Source: Myxococcales bacterium (lineage in GTDB: Bacteria; Myxococcota_A; Polyangia; Polyangiales; Houyiibacteriaceae). From it: a DNA stretch of 64,000 nucleotides. The position numbers were made by a program, and so were the translations under genes. Positions 45,986 to 54,082 of this stretch are shown one piece after another. The notes under the pieces are model-generated. The model was not told the DNA's origin. It did not search any database and saw only the letters and a program-made list of their open reading frames with translations. The first letter of the stretch is position 1; every line of letters starts with the position of its first letter. Location: contig JAOTXX010000006.1 of the NCBI GenBank assembly GCA_029862185.1, forward strand, positions 12,486 to 76,485, given 5' to 3'.

Positions 45986-46332
45986 TCGAGTGCTCCCTTT
46001 CTCCAGGCGTAGACCAGGGTCACGCCCAGAACGATGAGGAAGAGGAGCATCTCCACGAACCCGAGCCAGCCAAGCTCGGTGAACAGGCTCGCCCAGGGAT
46101 AGAGAAAGACCGCTTCGATGTCGAAGACCACGAACAGGATTGCCGTGAGGTAGAATTTGATGCTCAGCCGGATGTGGCTTGCGCCCGTCGTCTCGGAACC
46201 CGACTCGTACGGGATAGCCTTCTCGGCCGTCATGTTCTTGGGGCCGAGGACCGTCGTCAGGCCGAAGACGCTGAGGGCGACGAGCAAGGCGACGCCAAGC
46301 ATCAGGAACACCGGAAAATAGGCCGAGAACAT
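45973..46332 (-). CDS. nuoA: NADH-quinone oxidoreductase subunit A
   Basis: YESGSE..., FYLTAILFVVFDIEAVFLYPW. ATG at 46332 gives 119 aa. The track start is GTG at 46389. Confidence 0.85.
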   Translation of the reverse strand: MFSAYFPVFLMLGVALLVALSVFGLTTVLGPKNMTAEKAIPYESGSETTGASHIRLSIKFYLTAILFVVFDIEAVFLYPWASLFTELGWLGFVEMLLFLIVLGVTLVYAWRKGALEWES

Positions 46333-46386
46333 AGAGGGGCGGACTCCGAGACGGGCGGGTGTCGCCGGTCCGAGGGTGCTTAGTAT

Positions 46387-46401
46387 CACCCCCAGGGGGT
46401 G
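46387..46401. promoter_or_regulatory. GC-rich perfect palindrome inside a putative nuo promoter
   Basis: CACCCCC-A-GGGGGTG. On the minus strand it sits between a TTGACA (46405-46400) and a TACTAA (46385-46380) hexamer. The spacer is only 14 nt. Confidence 0.25.
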
Positions 46402-46428
46402 TCAATGAAGGCAGCCGCGCCGTTTGCG

Positions 46429-46638
46429 CTATTCGCGACGTCGACGGATGAACAGCGCAAGGCCCAAGAGCAGCACCGCCGGCCCGAACGGTCCCGCTGC
46501 CCTGCCCGAAGGCTTGATTTCGCAGCCAGCAGCGGAATCGGCCTCAGCTGGGCGGGGGCTTGGGGCGCGGGATGCCTCGGACTCGTGGGCGCCCTGGTGG
46601 GCTCGAACTATTCCGTCCCCGCGTGGCGCCGGCCTGGC
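46429..46638 (-). pseudogene. Orphan MYXO-CTERM-like C-terminal sorting tail with no start codon, in frame behind the upstream TGA
   Basis: Hand translation ends ...AAGCEIKPSGRAAGPFGPAVLLLGLALFIRRRRE then TAG (46429-46431). There are 69 sense codons between the TGA at 46639-46641 and this TAG. Confidence 0.4.
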
Positions 46639-47190
46639 TCAGGAGCCCGTGCGGTCCGACACTGCGGCCGTCGCTTGGAGCTCCGGCGTGTCGACATCGA
46701 CTTGGACGCGGAACAGGGCACCGTCCAGGCTCACGTCGAGCCTGCATCGCGGCGAAGAGGCGACCTGCAGCAGGCCGATCCCGCCGTTGCTCCGAATGTC
46801 GGTCGAGTTGATCAGGTGATTGGTCAATTCATGCCAGAGAACGTTCGAAGTCTTGCTCGAGACGTGCTGATGGATGAATCGCGTGGCCCGTTTCGCTTCT
46901 TCGATGTCTTTCACGGCGTTCGCCGATGACACCCGGATTCCGGGCCGGCCTTTTGTCAGTTCATAGCTGACCACGAGCGAAGGCGCTGGATCTTGGTCCC
47001 AGTCGGCGTGGGTCACGATGTTGTCCACGATTTCGCGTACAGCGACGACCACGTCTCTGACGAGAAATGGGTCTTCGAACATCGCGCCGAGCGTCCATTT
47101 CAAGCCAAAGATGACTGACTCTGCGAGCTCAGGGCTGAATCGAAGCGGGCTTATTTCAAGTTGATATTTGATGTCGGAATTGTTCTTCAT
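46639..47190 (-). CDS. Stand-alone GHKL/HATPase-like protein (RsbW/SpoIIAB-like fold), partly degenerate
   Basis: N-box REIVDNIVTHA. G2-like box NGGIGLLQV. No clear DxGxG G1 box. ATG at 47190. AT-richer codon usage than the neighbouring genes, judged by eye. Confidence 0.6.
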   Translation of the reverse strand: MKNNSDIKYQLEISPLRFSPELAESVIFGLKWTLGAMFEDPFLVRDVVVAVREIVDNIVTHADWDQDPAPSLVVSYELTKGRPGIRVSSANAVKDIEEAKRATRFIHQHVSSKTSNVLWHELTNHLINSTDIRSNGGIGLLQVASSPRCRLDVSLDGALFRVQVDVDTPELQATAAVSDRTGS

Positions 47191-47456
47191 GAGGCCCGCC
47201 GGATTTCCGTGAGCTTCACGGGAGCGCCTGGTTGTTGGGAAATGCTCTGACGACGCACACAAAACGACCTTCGAACTTTTTGCTGAACGCCACGGCCTCG
47301 ATTTTCAATGAGATTCGGACGATCTGGACGACCTCGGCGACGGCTTTCGAACTTCGGGAGCAGCTTCGTCCGAGCGAGAATCCACCTCCACACGAATTTT
47401 CTTGGTTTGACAAAACTGGAGAGATTTTGCTCGCCGTGCCATGTTTCGGGTCCGGG

Positions 47457-49004
47457 ATGGGGAAACGCCTGCGAACGATTGCGGCCTTATGGCTGTATAT
47501 GTGGCCTGGCGTCGCTCTTGCCGAGGCGGAGCCAGCCCAAGCAGGAAGCATCGGCAGCGTGCTCAAGTCCGTGGATGCGTGGTTTGGCGCCAACGTGGTT
47601 GGACCCCTTGCCCAGGTTCTGTTTTTCGACCTGATCTTTTGGGACAACGGCGCGGAAAACGATCTGCAGCTCCCGTTCATCGTTTTTTGGCTCATCGCCG
47701 GCGCGGTGTTCTTCACGCTGCGGTTCGGCTTCATCAACCTCCGCGCGTTTAGGCACGCGTGGGTGGTGACGACCGGCCACTACGACAATCCGGACGACCC
47801 CGGCGAGGTCACCCATTTCCAGGCGCTCTCCTCGGCCCTCTCGGCGACGGTTGGCCTCGGCAACATCGCGGGGGTGGCCGTGGCGGTGGCAATGGGGGGC
47901 CCGGGGGCGATTTTTTGGATGATCGTCGCCGGCTTCCTCGGCATGTCGTCGAAATTCACCGAATGCACCCTCGGCCAGATGTATCGCGAAATCGGCGAAG
48001 ACGGACACATCCTCGGCGGACCGATGCGATACCTGCAGGGCGGGCTTGCGGAGCTCGGTATGCGGCGACTCGGAAGGTTCCTCGCCATTCTCTTTGCCTT
48101 GATGTGTATCGGCGGGAGCTTTGGGGGCGGCAACATGTTCCAAGCGAACCAGAGCTATGCACAGGTCGCCGACGTGCTGCCGTTTTTCGCGGGTGGCTGG
48201 GGCGCGCTCGCGTACGGCGTGATCCTGGCTTTCTTGGTGGGCGTCGTCATCATCGGAGGCATCCGTCGCATCGGTCAGGTCGCCGGCTTCATCGTCCCGG
48301 TGATGTGCGGCATCTACCTGGTCGCCGGACTTTTCATCATCATCACGAACTTTGATCAGATCGGGCCGGCGTTCGCCAAAATCTTCGACGAGGCGTTCAC
48401 GCCGAAGGCGGGCTTTGGTGGAGCGCTCGGCGTCCTGGTCACCGGCTTTCGGCGCGCAGCCTTCTCGAACGAAGCGGGCGTGGGTTCGGCGTCGATCGCG
48501 CACTCCGCAGCCGCAACCGACGAACCGGTGCGCGAAGGCATCGTGGCTCTCCTCGAGCCCTTCATCGATACGATTCTGGTCTGCACGATGACAGGCCTCG
48601 TCGTGGTGATCACGGGCGCGTACGAGAGCGGCGCCCACGAAGGCGTACTCATGACCTCCAAGGCCTTTGCGACCGTTCTTCCGTGGTTCCCAAAGGTGCT
48701 CAGCCTGGCGGTGTTCCTTTTTGCATTCTCGACGATGATTTCGTGGAGCTATTACGGCGAGCGCTGTTGGACCTTCCTCTTCGGCCCGCAGTTCTCGATG
48801 CTCTACAAAGTGCTTTTCCTGGCCTTCGTCGTGTTCGGCTCGGTCTTGAAGCTCGGCAACGTGATCGATTTCTCGGACCTGATGATCCTCGGCATGTCGT
48901 TCCCGAACATTCTCGGCGCCGTCTTGTTGAGCGGCAAAGTTCGTGACGCGTTGCGCAGCTATTGGAGCCGATACAAGAGCGGCGAGATGCAGCCCCGAAG
49001 CTAG
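47457..49004 (+). CDS. Alanine/glycine:cation symporter (AGCS family)
   Basis: FQALSSALSATVGLGNIAGVA, GGPGAIFWM and FSNEAGVGSASIAHSAA are AGCS signatures. ATG at 47457. The track ORF starts at 47232. Confidence 0.9.
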   Translation: MGKRLRTIAALWLYMWPGVALAEAEPAQAGSIGSVLKSVDAWFGANVVGPLAQVLFFDLIFWDNGAENDLQLPFIVFWLIAGAVFFTLRFGFINLRAFRHAWVVTTGHYDNPDDPGEVTHFQALSSALSATVGLGNIAGVAVAVAMGGPGAIFWMIVAGFLGMSSKFTECTLGQMYREIGEDGHILGGPMRYLQGGLAELGMRRLGRFLAILFALMCIGGSFGGGNMFQANQSYAQVADVLPFFAGGWGALAYGVILAFLVGVVIIGGIRRIGQVAGFIVPVMCGIYLVAGLFIIITNFDQIGPAFAKIFDEAFTPKAGFGGALGVLVTGFRRAAFSNEAGVGSASIAHSAAATDEPVREGIVALLEPFIDTILVCTMTGLVVVITGAYESGAHEGVLMTSKAFATVLPWFPKVLSLAVFLFAFSTMISWSYYGERCWTFLFGPQFSMLYKVLFLAFVVFGSVLKLGNVIDFSDLMILGMSFPNILGAVLLSGKVRDALRSYWSRYKSGEMQPRS

Positions 49005-49020
49005 CTGCTAGGCTCGGGCG

Positions 49021-50316
49021 ATGTCGGAGTTTGCAGCACGCCGAAAGCAGCTACTCGAAGCGATGGGTGACGGTGTCGCGCTGTTTCCCTCGGCTCCGGT
49101 CGCGCTCCGCAACCACGACGTCGGGCACCCGTATCGGCAGGACAGCGACCTCTACTACCTCACCGGGCTCGACGAGCCCGAGAGCCTGCTGCTGCTCACC
49201 AATCAACACGAGGAGCACGAGGTCGTCCTCTTCGTCCGGCCGAAGAAGCCCGAACGTGAGATCTGGGACGGGCCACGCGCCGGGCTTGAAGGCGCCCTCG
49301 CGGACTTCGGCGCGGATGTCGCCTATCCCATCGACGAGCTAGCCGAGAAGCTCCCGGGCTATCTCGGGAACGTCGACCGGCTCCATTACCGTATCGCGCA
49401 AAACCGCGAAGCTGACGCGACCGTCTTTGATTGTCTGAACCATCTCCGCCGAGGGGGCCGTCGCGGGGTGAGCGCGCCCGAAACGATCGTGGATTCCGCG
49501 GTGCACCTTCACGAAATGCGGCTCCGCAAGGGCGGCGACGAAATCGCGACGATGCGGCAGGCGGCTGCGATCACCAAGGAAGCTCACCTGCGCGCGATGC
49601 AACTCGCAAGCCCAGGCATGCACGAGTACGAAATCGATGCCGAGCTCCTCCACGTCTTTCGCAAGCACGGGAGCGAACGTCCGGCCTACGAGAGCATCGT
49701 CGGCTCGGGGCCCAACGCCACGATTCTGCACTACCGAGCGGGCAATCGCGTGTTCAACGACGGCGAGCTGCTCTTGATCGACGCCGGTTGCGAGTACGGC
49801 TACTACGCCAGCGACGTCACCCGCACCTTCCCGGTCAACGGCGCCTTCTCCGCTGAGCAAAGGGCGATTTACGAAATCGTCCTGCAGGCGCAAAAGGGGT
49901 GCATCGACGCGGTGAAGCCTCGGGCGACACTCGAGGAGATTCACCAGCACGCGGTTCGCTCCATCACCGAAGGCTTGCTCGACATCGGCTTGCTCGAAGG
50001 CGAGCGCGATGCGCTCATCGAAGAGAAGAAGTACGAAGCGTTCTACATGCACCGAACCTCGCACTGGCTGGGCATGGACGTGCACGACGTCGGTCGCTAC
50101 TTCGTGGCGGGAGAGCACCGTCCGCTCGAGCCGGGCTTCGTGCTGACGGTCGAGCCCGGCCTCTACATCGCGACCGACGCCGAGAGCGTGGACGAGCGCT
50201 GGCGCGGCATCGGCGTTCGGATCGAAGATGATGTCTTGGTCACCGAAGCCGGATCTGACGTGCTCAGCCACGGGATTCCAAAAGAGATCGACGAAGTCGA
50301 AGCGGCCTGCGCTTAG
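49021..50316 (+). CDS. pepP: Xaa-Pro aminopeptidase (M24B)
   Basis: YRQDSDLYYLTG forms the N-terminal domain motif. LIDAGCEYGYYASDVTRTF, HWLGMDVHD and IEDDVLVT are the M24B metal ligand motifs. Confidence 0.9.
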   Translation: MSEFAARRKQLLEAMGDGVALFPSAPVALRNHDVGHPYRQDSDLYYLTGLDEPESLLLLTNQHEEHEVVLFVRPKKPEREIWDGPRAGLEGALADFGADVAYPIDELAEKLPGYLGNVDRLHYRIAQNREADATVFDCLNHLRRGGRRGVSAPETIVDSAVHLHEMRLRKGGDEIATMRQAAAITKEAHLRAMQLASPGMHEYEIDAELLHVFRKHGSERPAYESIVGSGPNATILHYRAGNRVFNDGELLLIDAGCEYGYYASDVTRTFPVNGAFSAEQRAIYEIVLQAQKGCIDAVKPRATLEEIHQHAVRSITEGLLDIGLLEGERDALIEEKKYEAFYMHRTSHWLGMDVHDVGRYFVAGEHRPLEPGFVLTVEPGLYIATDAESVDERWRGIGVRIEDDVLVTEAGSDVLSHGIPKEIDEVEAACA

Positions 50317-50367
50317 CGTTCCGCTGGAGCATGTCATTGGCGCGCCTTGTGTGGTATGCCGCCCGGG

Positions 50368-51201
50368 ATGTCCGTAGAACATACGATCGCATTTGTCGGT
50401 GGCGGCAACATGGCACGCGCCCTCGTCCGCGGCCTGGTTGGTACCGCGACCGTGCGCGCCGACCAAATCATCGCGGCCGACCCCGACGAAGCGAAGCTCC
50501 AGTCCCTCGAACGAGAGCTGGGCATCCGCTGCACGGGCGACAATGCCGAAGCGGTGCAGCAAGCCAGCGTCGTCGTCTTGGCGACGAAACCTCAGGTGTT
50601 CGCGCAGCTGCTTCCCGGCGTTGCCGCTGCACTCGCGCCGGACACGCTCCTGATTTCGGTCGCCGCCGGCATTCCAACCGGCCTCATCGAAGCTGCTCTG
50701 CCGGCTCGCACACGGGTGGTTCGAACGATGCCCAACACCCCCGCGCTAGTCGGAGCGGGCGCGACCGCAATCGCGGCCGGCAGTCACGCGACCGAGGAAG
50801 ACCTCGCGCTTGCGGAGACTCTTTTCCGCAGCGTGGGGATTTCAGTCCGTGTGCCCGAGGAACAGCTCGACGCGGTGACCGGCCTCAGCGGCTCTGGGCC
50901 CGCTTATGTCTTCGCGATGATCGAGGCGCTTCGGGACGCCGGCGTGCGCGAAGGCTTGCCCGAAGACACCGCGCTCCAGCTCGCGTCGCAGACGGTCTTC
51001 GGTGCTGCCCGTCTGCTGCGGGACGAAAACGAATCGCCTGAGGTCCTTCGAGAGCGAGTCACCAGCCCAGGCGGGACCACGCGGGCGGGCTTGGACGCCC
51101 TGTCGGCGGCAGGTTTTGCAGAGGCCGTTCTCGGAGCCGTTCGAGCGGCAACACGTCGCTCGGTCGAGCTCGGCAAAATCGCCGACGACGCAGGGAGCTA
51201 G
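50368..51201 (+). CDS. proC: Pyrroline-5-carboxylate reductase
   Basis: IAFVGGGNMARAL is the Rossmann motif. MPNTPALVGAGAT and TSPGGTT also match. ATG at 50368. Alternative starts are 50356 (ATG) and 50347 (TTG). Confidence 0.9.
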   Translation: MSVEHTIAFVGGGNMARALVRGLVGTATVRADQIIAADPDEAKLQSLERELGIRCTGDNAEAVQQASVVVLATKPQVFAQLLPGVAAALAPDTLLISVAAGIPTGLIEAALPARTRVVRTMPNTPALVGAGATAIAAGSHATEEDLALAETLFRSVGISVRVPEEQLDAVTGLSGSGPAYVFAMIEALRDAGVREGLPEDTALQLASQTVFGAARLLRDENESPEVLRERVTSPGGTTRAGLDALSAAGFAEAVLGAVRAATRRSVELGKIADDAGS

Positions 51202-51890
51202 GGCTTCATCGCCGGCCGCGGCCCAAAGATGGCGGTTCCAATCCGCAGCATGGTCGAGCCTTCTTCGACCGCTTGCTCGAGGTCGTGCGTCATCCCCATG
51301 GAAAGCTCAGGCAGGCCCTGGGCCTCGGCAAGCTCGCGGAGAGCCGCGAAAAACGGACGCGTGGCTTCGGGGTCCTCCAGGTGTGGGGCCACCGTCATCA
51401 GCCCGCGCAACATCACGTTCGGCAAGGCGCGCACCGCGTCGACGAGCGCGGGGACCTCATCGGGTTTGCAGCCGGACTTCTGTGTTTCGTCCCCGATGTT
51501 GACCTGGACCAAGACCTCGACGGTCGCTCCTCTTGCCGCAGCCCGCGTGGAAATCGCCTCGGCCAAGCGGGACGAGTCCACCGTGTCGACGGTCGCCCGG
51601 GCACGCTCGATGAGCTTGATCTTGTTTCTCTGCAGGTGGCCGATGAAGCGCCAGCGGATCTCTGGCAGGTCGCTCAGTTTAGATGCCTTTTCCGCGAGCT
51701 CCTGAGCGTAGTTCTCGCCGAACGCCCGCATGCCCGCATCGTAGGCAAGTCGAATCAGCTCTTCGGGATGCCCCTTCGATACCGACACGAGCTGCACCAA
51801 GCTCGCATCGCGCCCCGTGCGCTGGCAGGCGAGCGCGATCCGTTCACGGACACGCTCGATTGCAGCTGCGACGTCATGACTCATGGCCAT
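51198..51890 (-). CDS. yggS: YggS-family pyridoxal-phosphate homeostasis protein
   Basis: VSKGHP contains the PLP lysine. HLQRNK and [28 protein letters not shown] also match. An alternative ATG at 51884 would give an ATGA overlap with the maf stop. Confidence 0.9.
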   Translation of the reverse strand: MAMSHDVAAAIERVRERIALACQRTGRDASLVQLVSVSKGHPEELIRLAYDAGMRAFGENYAQELAEKASKLSDLPEIRWRFIGHLQRNKIKLIERARATVDTVDSSRLAEAISTRAAARGATVEVLVQVNIGDETQKSGCKPDEVPALVDAVRALPNVMLRGLMTVAPHLEDPEATRPFFAALRELAEAQGLPELSMGMTHDLEQAVEEGSTMLRIGTAIFGPRPAMKP

Positions 51891-52480
51891 CGATCCAAGG
51901 CATGGTGATCGAGAAGCAGCGCGACCACCTCGGCGGCTGGGAGGCCCACGACGTTGCTGTACGATCCTTCGATCCGGGTCACAAAACCGCTCGCAAGCCC
52001 TTGAACCCCGTAGGCTCCCGCTTTGTCGAGGCTCTCGCCGGCGGCCACGTACTGCTGCAGCTGCTCGCGGGAGGCAGGTCCGAACCAGACACGCGTCTCC
52101 ACGATGCGGCAGTCGAGCGCGCCCTCTCCGACTCGCCCGAGCGCAATTGCGGTTCGAACTAGATGCGCGCGCCCGGCGAGAAGCTCCAGCATGCGTACGG
52201 CATCCACCTCGTCGGCTGGCTTTCCCAATCGGTCGCCGCCGACGCAGACGATGGTGTCGGCCGCGAGGACGAACGCCCCTAGTCGGTCGCTGCTTGACAG
52301 GACACCCTCGAGCTTCAGTAGCGCCGCGGCGCGAACGAACTCGAGGTGGTCCTCCATGGGTAGACTGCTCTCGTCGGCGCCACTCGGCTGCACCTCGAAT
52401 GGAATCCCGAGCGATGACAAGATCTCACGGCGCCGTGGCGACGCCGACGCCAGAATGATAGACGAGAGCAGCGCGCTCAT
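51881..52480 (-). CDS. maf: Maf-like nucleoside triphosphate pyrophosphatase / septum formation protein
   Basis: IILASASPRRREIL, GAYGVQG. ATG at 52480 is preceded by GGAGGG and overlaps the upstream stop (ATGA). Confidence 0.85.
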   Translation of the reverse strand: MSALLSSIILASASPRRREILSSLGIPFEVQPSGADESSLPMEDHLEFVRAAALLKLEGVLSSSDRLGAFVLAADTIVCVGGDRLGKPADEVDAVRMLELLAGRAHLVRTAIALGRVGEGALDCRIVETRVWFGPASREQLQQYVAAGESLDKAGAYGVQGLASGFVTRIEGSYSNVVGLPAAEVVALLLDHHALDRWP

Positions 52481-54030
52481 ACGCCCTCCCCCTTGCTTTC
52501 CATGCGCGCCTTGTGTCGACGGAGATAGCTCTGGCTCACCTGCTCCGGGTCGAGCCGCAGACACTTCGCCACTTCGGTGACGAAGCCCCGTACGTAGACC
52601 GCCGCCGGCAATCGCTCGAAGTCATCCTCTTCGATGCACCGTAGATAGTTGGTACCGACCTTCGTTCGCTCGCTGATCTGCTCGAGGCTGGTGCCCTGTG
52701 ACTCGCGCACGGCTCGCAGCAAGGCGCCACTGAACTCGGTGTCCGGTGTGATGCTCGGAGCAGGGGGCAGCTCGCCGCTCGGCGCGAGCTCCCTAGCGGT
52801 CTCGGCCTTGCTCGGTTCGGCCTCGGGAAAGACGGAAATCTCGTAGGGACGGCGACGGGCGGGGTCGAGGAGCACGTCATAGGCCTCATCGATTCGACTG
52901 CGTGCGACCGCGAGGCCTTCCTCGTCGAAAAGGCCGAACGTGACGAGATTCTCGGTGTCGAACACCGCGCACATCCGCTTGTAGGCGCGGCGGATCTCCT
53001 CATCGGTCGCGCCGCGCTCGACTTCGAGGACGTCGTGATGCGAGCTCTCGGGCACTTCGCGCCACGGCGCGCGATCTCTCTGAGCTTCCTTCGAGGCGAA
53101 AAGCCGGCGCGCGATTTTCTCGATGTTGCGACTTGCCCTGCTTCCAGGGCTCTCGAGCAGAAGTGGTCGCCGCTTTCGAGAGCAGCTTCGGACCACGTCA
53201 TCGTGCTCGACGTAGCCTAGGTATTTGAGGTGCACACCATACCGCCTGCGCACGGCCACCGTGATTTGATCGCCGAGCTCGAGATCCGCGCGCAGTCGCG
53301 CTTGGTTGACGATGAACGGGAACTGAAGCTCGTTCATGCAATTGTGCAAGGCCGCCCCAAGCTCGGGCCATTCGCGCCGCAACAAGGCCGAGATGTCGGA
53401 TGGCGCCGGCGTCTGACCCGCTTTGGCAAATGCTGCATGCAGCGCCGCCTGCTGTCTCTCGTCCCTGAGGCGTGTCTGAGCCATGGCGGCGAAGGCCTTG
53501 CGAACCAAGCGATACAGGCCACTCACCGCGTTTGGCTCCGGCATCGTCAAGGCCAGGCGATGGTCCGCCGAGCACCAGAAGCGAACCGCAGCTTCGGTCG
53601 CCGAGGAACCCAGATCGACGACCGCGAACTCCACATCTTGTTTGGCGAGCCGGCTCTGGAGCTCTCGCAAGGAGCTTCGGCGCGCGCTGCCTCGATGGGG
53701 CTCGCTCAGGCCTCCGTCCATCAGCTGCAAACCGGGAATCGGTCCATCCACAGGCTCGCGCGGCGGCAGCGTGTTCGCCGCGTCGTGGTCGAGCGCGGTC
53801 CCGAGGCTCGTCAAGCTTCGCTCCACGCCGAACGCAGGCGTGGGCGCGATGTATGGCGCGACACGGGGACCCATGCCCAGCATCGCATGAAGGTCGGCGC
53901 CGGATGGGTCCGCATCGACGGCCAAAACGCGCTTGCCAATCGTTGCGAGGTAGATCGCGAGGTTGGCGCTGAACAGGGAGGTTCCCACTCCCCCTTTTGC
54001 CCCAAGAATGGCGATCGTCGTTGGGGGCAT
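52477..54030 (-). CDS. Three-domain fusion: ParA/MinD-like NTPase domain, J-like domain, and RodZ-type (HTH_25-like) helix-turn-helix
   Basis: The N-terminus is IAILGAKGGVGTSLFSANLA...VLAVDAD. The middle segment is DVLEVERGATDEEIRRAYKRMCAVF...IDEAYDVLLDPARRRPYE. The C-terminal segment is LRAVRESQGTSLEQISERTKVGTNYLRCIEEDDFERLPAAVYVRGF. Confidence 0.75.
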   Translation of the reverse strand: MPPTTIAILGAKGGVGTSLFSANLAIYLATIGKRVLAVDADPSGADLHAMLGMGPRVAPYIAPTPAFGVERSLTSLGTALDHDAANTLPPREPVDGPIPGLQLMDGGLSEPHRGSARRSSLRELQSRLAKQDVEFAVVDLGSSATEAAVRFWCSADHRLALTMPEPNAVSGLYRLVRKAFAAMAQTRLRDERQQAALHAAFAKAGQTPAPSDISALLRREWPELGAALHNCMNELQFPFIVNQARLRADLELGDQITVAVRRRYGVHLKYLGYVEHDDVVRSCSRKRRPLLLESPGSRASRNIEKIARRLFASKEAQRDRAPWREVPESSHHDVLEVERGATDEEIRRAYKRMCAVFDTENLVTFGLFDEEGLAVARSRIDEAYDVLLDPARRRPYEISVFPEAEPSKAETARELAPSGELPPAPSITPDTEFSGALLRAVRESQGTSLEQISERTKVGTNYLRCIEEDDFERLPAAVYVRGFVTEVAKCLRLDPEQVSQSYLRRHKARMESKGEGV

Positions 54031-54082
54031 CGAGCGCTCTTACCAATCGCTCGATTGCAGCGCAATCAAGTCGCGGCCAGGC

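Noticed and set aside
46550-46571. A G-quadruplex-type motif GGGcGGGGGcttGGGGcgcGGG on the plus strand.
   Set aside because: Four G-runs with short loops are expected by chance many times in DNA this GC-rich. I see no positional argument for function.
46639-46641. The TGA between the GHKL ORF and the MYXO-CTERM-like tail as a selenocysteine or programmed read-through codon.
   Set aside because: I could not identify a convincing SECIS-like hairpin immediately downstream. The upstream ORF also lacks the signal peptide that a sorted protein would need. The idea is kept only as a minor alternative in the finding.
46399-46929. A 176-aa plus-strand ORF spanning the nuoA-GHKL spacer.
   Set aside because: It has an Arg/Gly-rich composition and no motifs. 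It overlaps the GHKL gene and the MYXO-CTERM-like tail, which read much more convincingly on the opposite strand.
47380-47460. A possible glycine riboswitch upstream of the alanine/glycine:cation symporter, suggested by a CTGGAGAG string at about 47417-47424.
   Set aside because: Only the GGAGAG fragment is present. I could not find the accompanying ACCGAAGGGGCAA-type and CTCTCAGGCAAAAGGAC-type conserved segments or the tandem aptamer layout. A covariance-model scan (Rfam glycine family) would settle it.
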